From an uncultured Verrucomicrobiae bacterium (lineage in GTDB: Bacteria; Verrucomicrobiota; Verrucomicrobiia; Limisphaerales; UBA11358): a stretch of DNA of 64,000 nt. Every line of letters starts with the position of its first letter. The stretch's first letter is position 1. The notes under the pieces were generated by a model, which did not search any database, was not told the DNA's origin, and was given only the letters and a program-made list of their open reading frames with translations. Positions 8,123 through 17,062 of this stretch are shown here, in pieces. Position numbers and translations under genes: made by a program. The DNA is taken from positions 29,838 to 93,837 of the forward strand of contig CAWHLR010000035.1 in assembly GCA_963830235.1 (NCBI GenBank), given 5' to 3'.

Positions 8123-10000
8123 TTAATTCTCCTTCAGAAATTCAACCAGGCGGGACATGGATCGCTTCAGGTCTCGCTGCCTTCCTATCTGGACACCTTT
8201 TTTAATCTGAAGGCAAATATGATCGTAATTGGGTCCCTTTAATAGGTCATCATATTGCGAATAAATGTTTTTTGATTTGGGCAGTTGTATCCCCATCAGC
8301 AATTTTGAAATGGAATGTAGCAGAAGAAACGCATCCTCGATCATTTCAAAGGTGATTTCCTCGAACATCTCAACCGCATTATTACCTTTCGTGCAATACC
8401 ACTTTTCACAATAGCTGACGAACCGATTTTCAAACGCATCCTGAAAGGAAAAATCACTTTGAAGTTGGCGGGCAATCAATGCCGCTAACGTCCACTCCGC
8501 CGGCCCCTTGAAATCCTTCTGTTGTTTAATCAGCCGGTCACCGATACCGCGCCATCTGGCTTTACTGTCATAGGATTCCTCGATCATCTTTTTCAACCAG
8601 TAGGCAAATTTGCACCGGTTATGTGATGGGTCTTGGATTTCCGGAAAAATAACCGGGAAATACTTTCCAAAAATATCATTAGTTCCCTGTTGGCTGATGA
8701 ATGGGTTCTGCCTTAATACCGCCGCGATACAACGTGCGAGTTTATCGGCATCAAGCCAAAAATATTTCCGCTTGGCATCTTGTTCCTCTTTGCTGACAAC
8801 CTGTTTTTCACCCTGTTTCCTCAAAAGGTAATATTTTCTTTCAGAATCCTTCAGTTTCTCGGCGAAGAGTCTGTGAAAAAGTGTCACCATCATGGGGTGG
8901 TTTGACTTCAAATCGCGATTATCGACAGGATTTTGATTGTTACGCGCAATGGCGACTTCAGAAGATATATTGGCCGCATCCTTTTTCAGTTCGATGACGG
9001 TAACAAAAACTTGGGCATTGGGATTGGCGCCTTCATTTTCACAAAAGTAGCGGTCAATATTCATTACGGTCTGACAGCCGTTGCTTATGGAGGCTCGTTC
9101 CAAAAAAATATGGTCGTCATTGAGCGTTGCCTTGCTGCATTGCATGGTCACGCCATTATTGCACACGATGAACTGTTCGGGCTTCTGGCTGATGGTCATC
9201 CGGATTGCCTCGGCGATCTCCTTGCTGCGTTTCTTGACGTTTAGGTAACTGCGCACGTTCGAGGCAAAAAGCGCCTTCAACTTCTTTTCCTTCCTGTGGG
9301 CCTGAATAATCTCGTGAATATTTTTTAGAACGACCGAAGTAACAAAAACCTGACCATAGTCGAAGGTCAATTTAAGCGGCGACTCATGGAACTTGAGCTT
9401 GAATGAGCTCATTCCGGTCTGACCATCCAAGAATTCTTCGCCGCGCTCCAGAAGTTCCTCATTTGTAAAAAAGTCATAATCTTCCAGCTTTGCATTTTTT
9501 CGGATGCGTTCACGTTGTGGGCCACTAAAATGTTTTGGCGTCACGAAGTAATACCGTGGCGAGTAATGCTCCTGGGTGATCAGCATCTTTGCCCGCCGCC
9601 ATGCTGACCGTGCCGGTTCATGCAACGCTTCAGGCAGAGAATCTTCAAACAAATACTTATAAAATTGAGCGAATGTTTCGGTAGCTTTCGCCTCGTTGGC
9701 TGGTGATTTATTCCAGTTGCCCGCATCGTATTCGACCTGTCCAACCAAAACTTTTTTGCTTTCTTTATCCTGCCAGATGAAATCAACGCCGCAATCATTC
9801 GCCTCATCAAGCACACATTGATTTGCCTCATCGTAAGGAATGCCGACTTCCTGATGGAGGAACCAAATCGCGAGTGCCTGGGCATCGCCAAGCACCGAAT
9901 TCCCGGATGCACGCCCGGATTGAGTTATGATCCGCTCCAATTCCTCTTTCAGGAACTGGATGAGGTGATCAGTTTCATATTCTTGGCTGGCAAATGACAT
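8123..10000 (-). CDS. AIPR-family abortive-infection protein with an N-terminal nuclease-like domain
   Basis: FIVCNNGVTMQC and ISNGCQTVMNI fit the AIPR pattern. The N-terminus DCGVDFIW...VLVGQVEY resembles a PD-(D/E)xK core. ATG 10000 preferred; alternative start at 10045. GC is markedly lower than the flanks. Confidence 0.8.
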   Translation of the reverse strand: MSFASQEYETDHLIQFLKEELERIITQSGRASGNSVLGDAQALAIWFLHQEVGIPYDEANQCVLDEANDCGVDFIWQDKESKKVLVGQVEYDAGNWNKSPANEAKATETFAQFYKYLFEDSLPEALHEPARSAWRRAKMLITQEHYSPRYYFVTPKHFSGPQRERIRKNAKLEDYDFFTNEELLERGEEFLDGQTGMSSFKLKFHESPLKLTFDYGQVFVTSVVLKNIHEIIQAHRKEKKLKALFASNVRSYLNVKKRSKEIAEAIRMTISQKPEQFIVCNNGVTMQCSKATLNDDHIFLERASISNGCQTVMNIDRYFCENEGANPNAQVFVTVIELKKDAANISSEVAIARNNQNPVDNRDLKSNHPMMVTLFHRLFAEKLKDSERKYYLLRKQGEKQVVSKEEQDAKRKYFWLDADKLARCIAAVLRQNPFISQQGTNDIFGKYFPVIFPEIQDPSHNRCKFAYWLKKMIEESYDSKARWRGIGDRLIKQQKDFKGPAEWTLAALIARQLQSDFSFQDAFENRFVSYCEKWYCTKGNNAVEMFEEITFEMIEDAFLLLHSISKLLMGIQLPKSKNIYSQYDDLLKGPNYDHICLQIKKGVQIGRQRDLKRSMSRLVEFLKEN

Positions 10001-10136
10001 ACAATCAATTTTCTTTCGGTTTTCAGGTTCCCGTCGAAACACCACTCATCTTATTTTGGGATGATTGATTATCGTAAATGTCTGTTTCCACAATACAAAT
10101 AAAATCATTGGGCGAATTTTGAATTGGAAAAATTTT

Positions 10137-10158
10137 GGGGTTGGGGGGGGCAGGGGGG
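10137..10158 (+). repeat. G-tract cluster (G4, G8, G6) between the divergent AIPR and portal genes
   Basis: GGGGTTGGGGGGGGCAGGGGGG read directly from the sequence. Confidence 0.8.
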
Positions 10159-10308
10159 CGAATTTGGTAAAATACTTCTTTCGATCTTCTTGGATATGTG
10201 GAAACAACCGGCGGGAAAATGAAATAACGTGCAACTAAGTGCATAAGTCGTTGACAATCAATATGTAACACTTGACGAAACGCTGGTTGTGGAATAAATA
10301 GGTCTTAA

Positions 10309-11832
10309 ATGCCCGTGCATTCCACACATCCTGATTATGACGCCAGCCTCTCGGCCTGGCTGCGGGCTCGCGATGTCTTTGCCGGTGAGGATGCCATCAA
10401 GGCCGCTGCTGAAAAATATCTGCCGCGTCTGGATTGTCAGGACGACAAGGAATATCTCGCCTACAAAAATCGCGCCTCCTTTTTCAACGCCTCGGCCCGC
10501 ACGGCGGATGGTTTCGTCGGCCTGATTTTTCGCCGTGATCCAACATTCAAACTGCCGGACACCGGCACCGGTGTAGGCGATGCGCTCACCGAATTTGTGG
10601 AAGATGCCGACATGTTGGGAACCAGCCTGACTGCCTTCTCGAAAAAACTGGTCACGGAAATTATCAATGTCGGTCGTGCCTGCACGCTGATTGACTGGAA
10701 CGAGGAAGCGGAGCAACGCGCCTATGCCGTTGCCTATTCCGCTGAAGACATCGTCAATTGGCACACAGAACGGGTAAATGGCCGCAACGTGCTGACGCTG
10801 GTCGTCCTCAAGGAAATCAGCAAAATGCCCGCTTCGGAAACTGATCCGTTCGTGCCTGATGAAATCCAGCAACTTCGCGTTCTGAAACTCGTCCCGCCGC
10901 AAACCAAAGCTGAAAACGCAAAAGCTGACTGGTCTTACCAGGTAGAAATCTGGCAGTTCCTTGCGGATGGCCAGAATGCAAGCGGCCCTCGCAATCGCGG
11001 CAAAAAGAAATGGAAATTGGTGGACTCCTTGACACCGCTGCGCCTGGGCAAACCTCTGCCGCTGATTCCCTTTGTCTTTCATGGTCCGCGTCACTCCTTG
11101 CCGGAAGTGGATAAAATCCCGCTGGCAGACATCATCGCCGTCAACCTCAACCATTACCGGCTCACAGCCGACTATTTGCATGGGATGCATTTCACCGCAT
11201 TGCCGACGGCCTGGGTGAGTGGATTTGACAAAAATTCTTCGCTTCGCATCGGCTCTAGCACGGCATGGGTCGCTGAGACGCCCGGCGCGACGGCTGGTTT
11301 TCTGGAATTTCACGGTCAAGGTCTGACGACCTTTGAACGGGCAATGGATCGTGATGAGCAACTCATGGCGGTGCTCGGCACACGGATGCTCGAATCCAAG
11401 AAGCGCGTTGGGGAGACCGCCGCTGCCATCGAACTCCGCCAGAGCGGTGAGAACAGCATTTTGAACACCGTGTCTTTGAGCATCAGCGCCTCGCTGACGC
11501 AAGTGCTGCGCTGGGTTTATTGGTGGAACTCCACCGAACCGATTCCTGATGCCATTGGTCCCGACCTTGTGCTCGCCAGCCTGAACACGGATTTCAGCAT
11601 CACCGGAATGTCGTTTCAAGAAATTACGGCACTGGTCGCCGCGTGGCAGGCGGGCGCCATTAGTCAGGCAACCATGCTCGACTTATTCCGCGCCGGTGAA
11701 GTTATCGCTCCTGGCCGCACGAATGAAGAAGAAATCAAACTGCTCGCCAGCGAGAAACCAACGAAGCCGCCGGTCGCGGTCAAACCGCCGGTGTCGGTGG
11801 CGACGACTGCAAACCCTCAACCGATAACCTGA
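10309..11832 (+). CDS. portal protein
   Basis: 507 aa, placed directly before the scaffold and capsid genes. Size, position and sequence pattern are consistent with DUF4055-type portals (from memory). Confidence 0.75.
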   Translation: MPVHSTHPDYDASLSAWLRARDVFAGEDAIKAAAEKYLPRLDCQDDKEYLAYKNRASFFNASARTADGFVGLIFRRDPTFKLPDTGTGVGDALTEFVEDADMLGTSLTAFSKKLVTEIINVGRACTLIDWNEEAEQRAYAVAYSAEDIVNWHTERVNGRNVLTLVVLKEISKMPASETDPFVPDEIQQLRVLKLVPPQTKAENAKADWSYQVEIWQFLADGQNASGPRNRGKKKWKLVDSLTPLRLGKPLPLIPFVFHGPRHSLPEVDKIPLADIIAVNLNHYRLTADYLHGMHFTALPTAWVSGFDKNSSLRIGSSTAWVAETPGATAGFLEFHGQGLTTFERAMDRDEQLMAVLGTRMLESKKRVGETAAAIELRQSGENSILNTVSLSISASLTQVLRWVYWWNSTEPIPDAIGPDLVLASLNTDFSITGMSFQEITALVAAWQAGAISQATMLDLFRAGEVIAPGRTNEEEIKLLASEKPTKPPVAVKPPVSVATTANPQPIT

Positions 11833-11841
11833 AACTGATTT

Positions 11842-12603
11842 ATGGCCCTGAAATACAAATACGCAACGAAGCAGGAAATTCCTGCTGAACATCAATCCCT
11901 TTATGTCGAACGCGACGGCGCTTGGATACTGGACGCCGATGGCATCACAGACAAATCCAAGTTGGATGAATTCCGCACGACCAACGTCGCGCTGATGAAA
12001 GAGCGTGATGACCTCGCCAAGAAGTTTGAAGGCATTGACCCGGATGAAGTCCGCCGGCTCGCCGATGAGAATCGTTCCCTGCGGACGGCAACATTGAGCG
12101 AAGACGCCAAGCGCGAAATGGATGCACAGTTGAAAACCACGAAGGCGGGTTATGAAAAGCAACTTACTGCCGTGACTTCTGAACGCGATGCGCTGCATGG
12201 TCGCCTGACGGCGATTCAGATTGATCAAGCCGTCGTGAATGAAGCAACCAAACGTGGTCTGCGCCCGACGGCGATTCCTGACATTACTTCGCGGGCGCGC
12301 ACGAATTTCAAATTAGTGAACGGCGTTCCTCAAGCTTTCGAGGCGGACGGCCAGACGGCCCGGATGGGCAAGGATGGCGTCACGCCGATGACTTTGGCCG
12401 AATGGGTGGATGCGTTGGTGTCCGACGCACCGCACCTGTTTGAAGCAAATGCTGGTGGCGGTGCCGCCGGCTCCGGCTCCGGTGGGGCTGGCAACCGGTC
12501 CGTGAAAAATCCGTTCCGAAAGGAAACGTTCAATCTCACGGAACAAATGAAAATTCAAAAATCCGATCCACAACTTGCGGCTCGCCTCAAGGCGGCTGCG
12601 TAG
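11842..12603 (+). CDS. capsid scaffolding protein
   Basis: 253 aa, charged and coiled-coil-rich, with a Gly-rich C-terminus. Located between portal and MCP. Confidence 0.6.
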   Translation: MALKYKYATKQEIPAEHQSLYVERDGAWILDADGITDKSKLDEFRTTNVALMKERDDLAKKFEGIDPDEVRRLADENRSLRTATLSEDAKREMDAQLKTTKAGYEKQLTAVTSERDALHGRLTAIQIDQAVVNEATKRGLRPTAIPDITSRARTNFKLVNGVPQAFEADGQTARMGKDGVTPMTLAEWVDALVSDAPHLFEANAGGGAAGSGSGGAGNRSVKNPFRKETFNLTEQMKIQKSDPQLAARLKAAA

Positions 12604-12626
12604 GATCACAAGCACAATTCTAAATT

Positions 12627-13637
12627 ATGGCTAAAACACAATTGGCTGACATCGTTGTTCCGGCGCAGTTCGCGCCGTATGTATTACAGCGCACGGCGGA
12701 GAAATCCGACCTGTTTCAATCCGGCATTGTCGTGCGAACGCCGGACTATGACGAACGCGCTGCGCAAGGCGGCAACCAGGTCAACATGCCGCATTGGAAT
12801 GACCTGACGGGCGACCGCCAGCCACTTTCCGATTCGTCACCGCTCGTGCCGGCGAAGCTCACGGCGGATCAGGACATCGCCCGCATCCATAACGACGGCA
12901 AGGCGTGGTCGTGGAATCACCTGGCAACCTTGGTCTCTGGCGATGATCCGGCGCTGGCGCTGGCCAACTTCATGGCCGATTACTGGAATCGTCAGAACCA
13001 ATACATGCTCATTAGCTCCCTGAAGGGTGTGTTCTCGGCGGCTTCGATGGTCGGCAACCTGTTGGCGATTCACAGTGAAAGTGTCGCCGCGCAAACGGCT
13101 GCGACCCGGCTCAACGGTGCAACCTTCGTGGATGCGACGCAAAAGCTTGGCGACCGTGGCGACCGGCTCGTGGCCGTGGCGATGCACTCGGCAACCGAAG
13201 CCGCGTTGCGGAAACTCGATCTGATTGACTTCATCCCGGACAGCCAGGGTGAAGCGCAAATCCGCACGTTCCAGGGCCGGCGCGTCATCGTGGATGACGG
13301 TTGTCCGTCGCGGGCGGGCACGACCGATGGCTTGGTCTATACAAGCTACCTGTTCGGCCCGGGCGCGTTCGGCATGGGCTTCGACGATCTGAACGGCGCG
13401 CCCGTCGAGGGTGGTTTCGGCACGCAAGGCTGCGAAGCGGCGCGTGACGCTCTCAACAGCGATACCAACCTGATCAACCGCCGCCGGTTCATCCTGCATC
13501 CTCGAGGTGTGAAGTTCACCAGCGCGAGCGTGGCGGGCGCAAACCCGACAAACGCGGAATTGGAAACGGCCGCAAATTGGGTGCGCGTTTGGGAAAACAA
13601 AAACGTCCCCGTCGTGGCGGTCACTCACAACATCTAA
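12627..13637 (+). CDS. major capsid protein (HK97-fold; resembles the N4-gp56/T7-like coat family)
   Basis: 336 aa. N-terminus MAKTQLADIVVPAQFAPYV.... Position after the scaffold fits a coat protein. Confidence 0.75.
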   Translation: MAKTQLADIVVPAQFAPYVLQRTAEKSDLFQSGIVVRTPDYDERAAQGGNQVNMPHWNDLTGDRQPLSDSSPLVPAKLTADQDIARIHNDGKAWSWNHLATLVSGDDPALALANFMADYWNRQNQYMLISSLKGVFSAASMVGNLLAIHSESVAAQTAATRLNGATFVDATQKLGDRGDRLVAVAMHSATEAALRKLDLIDFIPDSQGEAQIRTFQGRRVIVDDGCPSRAGTTDGLVYTSYLFGPGAFGMGFDDLNGAPVEGGFGTQGCEAARDALNSDTNLINRRRFILHPRGVKFTSASVAGANPTNAELETAANWVRVWENKNVPVVAVTHNI

Positions 13638-13688
13638 ACCAAAGGCGTGCCGGTTCGCGCCGGCACGCCACTTTTGAGAAAGAAATTT

Positions 13689-13916
13689 ATGGGCAAACTT
13701 CAACCTCGTAGTTTTGAGCGGATTCGTTCGGGTGAACAAATCCAGTATCCGACATACACCAACGTCGCGGCGGCGGTGGCCGCTGGTGTCACGGCGGCGA
13801 AGTTCCCGCGCCGCATCATTTACCTGTCTGCCGGCGGCACTGGTTCGGTTCCGTGCCTGGCCGTTTCGGACGGCACGAACTGGAAACAAGTCGCCATTGG
13901 CGCAAACGCCATTTAA
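13689..13916 (+). CDS. small head-module protein, hypothetical
   Basis: ATG 13689 inside ORF 13647..13916. 75 aa, co-oriented and directly after the MCP. Confidence 0.45.
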   Translation: MGKLQPRSFERIRSGEQIQYPTYTNVAAAVAAGVTAAKFPRRIIYLSAGGTGSVPCLAVSDGTNWKQVAIGANAI

Positions 13917-13927
13917 CCGCAGCCATC

Positions 13928-14128
13928 ATGGACAAATTGTTTCCCATTATACGGCGGCAGCGGCGTCCTCTGATTGTCGAGGAGTCCGTGCCGGACGGGC
14001 CAACAGCACCGCCTATTCCGATCAAGACCGAGCCGGTTCAATCCGTGATGACAACGCCACCGGTTGAACCGGCGGATGAACCAAAAGCCGACAATGCCAA
14101 AAGCATTTCCACAAGAAAAGCGCGGTAA
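13928..14128 (+). CDS. Pro-rich 66-aa hypothetical protein
   Basis: ATG 13928 inside ORF 13853..14128. Low-complexity sequence. It overlaps the next ORF, so coding status is uncertain. Confidence 0.3.
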   Translation: MDKLFPIIRRQRRPLIVEESVPDGPTAPPIPIKTEPVQSVMTTPPVEPADEPKADNAKSISTRKAR

Positions 14129-15008
14129 CTCACCCTGGACGCCACTGCAACGGCGCACTTGGCTGGCGGAACGTCGCCGCCGCTCGCGGCAAAATCATTT
14201 GCTGCCCGCGCCGGTGCTGGTGGCGGCTTTTCCCGACCTCGCGGTGTGGACGTGGGATTATCCCGACCCGGCTTACTGGTATGCCTATCATCAGCACGCG
14301 GTGGGCGATCCTTTTACTTACGACGACCGTGGCGCTGGGACTGACCGCCAGTATGCGCCGGACGGCGGGCAGTATCCGATGTTCATTGTTGGGTGTGATA
14401 ACGACGGGAACGAGATCACGGGGCGGAGCAATGCGGTTCGTCCTGAAGATGCGCTACCACCTGCCCCTGTCTTAGTTTCGCTGGGAACGGTCGCCGGCGA
14501 TACTACCTGGCGGGCAGTCGCCCCGATAGCTGTGGATGATTGGCAATTTTGCACGACAGATAATGCTTTTGACCCTCAAATTAAAAGTTTTGATCAATGG
14601 GTGTATGAGGCGGACGCGCCGGACACAGATTTCGTCAATATAAATTCCACGACTGCCACCGTCACAGTGGACTTTGCTTATTGCGCTGCCCGCTATCGGG
14701 TCGGGGCAATCTGGTCGTCTTGGACGGGAGTCTTCGATGCAACTGTGATCGCGCCGCCGACACAGTTGGTTTTATCCTCGGATGGCCACGGGCATTTGAC
14801 CTGGACCTGCAACTTCATCGTGGACACGGCCTTCATCATCCAGCATTCGGAAGATGAGGTCAATTGGAGCGATTACGATGCGCAGGACTGCGACAAATTT
14901 TATCGGGACTCCAGCGGATATGCGGGTTTCTACCGACTCGCGATTGGGGATGATGATGGAAACGCCGCGCCGCCCTACTCGAATGCGGTGTATTCGGATG
15001 GTTTGTAA
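14064..15008 (+). CDS. hypothetical structural protein; possible Ig/FN3-like decoration protein; start uncertain
   Basis: 314-aa ORF with a repeated PAPVLV segment and beta-rich W/Y/D composition, in the head module. No motif recognised. Confidence 0.45.
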   Translation: MNRRMNQKPTMPKAFPQEKRGNSPWTPLQRRTWLAERRRRSRQNHLLPAPVLVAAFPDLAVWTWDYPDPAYWYAYHQHAVGDPFTYDDRGAGTDRQYAPDGGQYPMFIVGCDNDGNEITGRSNAVRPEDALPPAPVLVSLGTVAGDTTWRAVAPIAVDDWQFCTTDNAFDPQIKSFDQWVYEADAPDTDFVNINSTTATVTVDFAYCAARYRVGAIWSSWTGVFDATVIAPPTQLVLSSDGHGHLTWTCNFIVDTAFIIQHSEDEVNWSDYDAQDCDKFYRDSSGYAGFYRLAIGDDDGNAAPPYSNAVYSDGL

Positions 15009-15013
15009 TTTTT

Positions 15014-15568
15014 ATGGCGCTCACCTTGATCAAAGAGGACGGGACCGGCAAGGCCGACGCCAACGCATACGCGGACGTGGCCGATGGTGACGCCTACCAC
15101 GCCGGGCATCTGTATGCCACGGCGTGGACCGGCGCGAGCGCGGATCAAAAGGCCGTGGCATTGGTGATGGCGTCGCGGTTGATTGACGCGGAATTTCAAT
15201 TCAACGGCACGCGGACCACGGCCGGACAAAGCCTGCAATGGCCGCGGGCGATGTGCCCCGAGCCGGACAATGTCCATGTGCCGATCTCGGTGCTGTTGCC
15301 GATTCCGTATGAATACGTTGAATATGACAAGGTGCCGAAAGCCGTCGTCCAGGCGACGTGTGAAATGGCGCGGGAACTTTTGATTGCCGACAGGACGGTC
15401 GCCCCAGCGGGTGAAGGCTTGAAATACCAGAACGCCGGCACGACGCAGACGGGTTACGACAAAACCGACCGGCGCCCGGTGCTTTCACAAGTCGCGCAAG
15501 TGATGCTGGCGAAATTTGGATCCCAAATCAGCGCCAAAAGCGGCGCGGTGCGACTGGTGCGGGCGTGA
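15014..15568 (+). CDS. head-tail adaptor (DnaT-like / gp6-like family)
   Basis: 184 aa. N-terminus MALTLIKEDGTGKADANAYADVADGDAYH... fits the DnaT_2-type phage adaptor pattern. It is the last co-oriented gene of the module. Confidence 0.55.
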   Translation: MALTLIKEDGTGKADANAYADVADGDAYHAGHLYATAWTGASADQKAVALVMASRLIDAEFQFNGTRTTAGQSLQWPRAMCPEPDNVHVPISVLLPIPYEYVEYDKVPKAVVQATCEMARELLIADRTVAPAGEGLKYQNAGTTQTGYDKTDRRPVLSQVAQVMLAKFGSQISAKSGAVRLVRA

Positions 15569-15632
15569 AAATGAATATCGGTATGGATCAGTTTAAAAAT
15601 CCTAAACGCTACGATGCGAGCGGAACGGCTCG

Positions 15633-16097
15633 TTATTTTTTTGCTGCTGCTGCCGCTTTCTTGCGGTTTTCAATGCTTCCGTCAATAAAAGTAACCGACG
15701 GAAGCATAAATGGGGGCATGGGGCCTCTTCCTGTGTTAAATAATATTAGCTCTCGTGCGGCTCCAAATAAAACAGCAGGCCCATTACATGTCACCATGTC
15801 AATTATTGCAGACTCCTCAACGCTCTGGTGGACTTCAAAAAAACCTAAAAGTTCTGCATCAATCACATAGGGGCAAAAAGTGCTGCCCTCGCTGGGTCGA
15901 ACCATCAATCTTAGAACAACTTTCCAAAGTCTATTATTATCCTCGTTTTTAGCTGTCTCAACTTAAGTTGTAATGTTCGAGTGGCTTCCTGCCATCAACT
16001 TAACCAGATCATCCTGGGACGCAACATCGGGAATGGTGGCCTTAAAAGAAAAATTGGTAACGAAAGATTGCTTAAGAATTAGAGGTGACAACTGCAT
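15633..16097 (-). pseudogene. SecB-like chaperone of a TAC module, interrupted by an in-frame TAA (15963-15965)
   Basis: Not in the ORF track. ATG 16097 is preceded by AAGGAG and overlaps the antitoxin stop. By-eye alignment to E. coli SecB: NFSFKATIPDV vs DISFEAPNAPHV, WKVVLRLMVRP vs YEVVLRVTVTA, and CNGPAVLFGAARELI..GRGPMPPFMLPSVTF vs CPNILFPYARECI..SRGTFPQLNLAPVNF. Confidence 0.7.
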
Positions 16098-16578
16098 AAT
16101 TCATCTCCTTTTTAATCTGTTTGACATTGTGATATTTTGCGCCCGAAAACAGACCGGCGTAAATTTCAATGCCCCGGGGTATGTTCCATGGAATTTGGTG
16201 TATCCACTCACAGCCAACGTTGTTTGGCGTTAGATGAATATGCGCACGAAAATTCAACGCGAATGCCAACTTAACAATGGTTTCCATGGTGCAATTTCCG
16301 CCCCTAAAAACTTTTGTTAGAAATTGTTTTGAAACATCCGCCCGCTCCGCAAATTGGGTCTGATTTAAGCCGCGATTATCCATTGCCTGCCAGAGTTCAT
16401 CAGAAAAAGTTTCTTTAAAATAGGCCGTTTGATACGGAAGTGTCTGTCGCGTCTTATTCAGATTTTCATCAAGTTTTATGCTCCGTTCAACGGCTGGCAG
16501 CGGCTCCAGTCCGAGGTTGGCTGTGGTAATATAGCTCTCTGCGCTCCTGGGCGCGTTCAATGTCTTTTTTGTGGTCAT
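16072..16578 (-). CDS. XRE/HigA-like antitoxin with a C-terminal extension
   Basis: HTH segment GLNQTQFAERADVSKQFLTKVFRGG, followed by a ~60-aa tail. It lies between the toxin and the SecB-like gene. The N-terminal boundary is uncertain because the ORF overlaps the toxin by 92 nt. Confidence 0.7.
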   Translation of the reverse strand: MTTKKTLNAPRSAESYITTANLGLEPLPAVERSIKLDENLNKTRQTLPYQTAYFKETFSDELWQAMDNRGLNQTQFAERADVSKQFLTKVFRGGNCTMETIVKLAFALNFRAHIHLTPNNVGCEWIHQIPWNIPRGIEIYAGLFSGAKYHNVKQIKKEMNYAVVTSNS

Positions 16579-16909
16579 GGCGATTTTGGGCTATAAATCC
16601 GTGAGTGCAAACGACTATGGAATTATTATTCTTGTCAAAAAACCAAAAAACCCTCGCACCGCCTTTTGCGCAAAATTCCCAAAGCGGTTTGGCCTGTTTT
16701 CCGTGTAGAGGTTTTGTTTTTTGTCCATTTGGCACTATCCCGTGTTTCTTTGCTCTATCAAATAATGCAATTAATTGGTTATAATCTTCAGCACGAGTCA
16801 CGTCGATCTCTTCCAAAAACGATTCCACATCATACTTCGGCTGGTCGCAATCCATGAACAGCAATCTGATTGCGTTTCCACCGTCACCTGTATATTCGAC
16901 CAGTTTCAC
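16487..16909 (-). CDS. HigB/Gp49-like (RelE superfamily) toxin
   Basis: RVFWFFDKNNNSIVVCTHGFIAQNRHDHKKDIERAQERRELYY fits the Gp49/HigB pattern. Confidence 0.65.
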   Translation of the reverse strand: MKLVEYTGDGGNAIRLLFMDCDQPKYDVESFLEEIDVTRAEDYNQLIALFDRAKKHGIVPNGQKTKPLHGKQAKPLWEFCAKGGARVFWFFDKNNNSIVVCTHGFIAQNRHDHKKDIERAQERRELYYHSQPRTGAAASR

Positions 16910-17062
16910 GAAAAAGTAAACTCAAAAGATTACCATTAACGTATTGCAGATAAACCACTTGCTGGAATGTGAAAAAGATTTCATCAAATTTACGGTTTAT
17001 TTTAGACTCCAGACATCGCCAGTGATACCCACTTTCATCGCTGGTGTCACGCGCAATGTCTA

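Larger units (their letters stand above)
1..15568 (+). mobile_element. phage-like element with replication, packaging and capsid modules only; candidate capsid-forming satellite or prophage remnant; left end lies outside the window
   Basis: Co-oriented order: AlpA-like HTH, prim-pol, TerS, TerL, cargo, portal, scaffold, MCP, small head proteins, adaptor. Prim-pol/TerS/TerL are coupled by ATGA overlaps. No tail, lysis or repressor genes before the convergent TA genes at 15633. Confidence 0.6.

Noticed and set aside
10258-11619. 453-aa minus-strand ORF. The same applies to 12837..13889, 34226..35437, 40395..41570, 42534..43520, 45040..45771, 56560..57801, 58033..58761 and similar ORFs.
   Set aside because: These are long antisense shadow ORFs typical of high-GC DNA. 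Each lies opposite a gene with clear conserved motifs and has Arg/Gly/Ala/Pro-rich, low-information sequence.
15565-15870. 101-aa plus-strand ORF after the adaptor gene
   Set aside because: It lies opposite the strand encoding a sequence that aligns convincingly with SecB. The plus-strand translation is low-complexity (FFAAAAAFL...).
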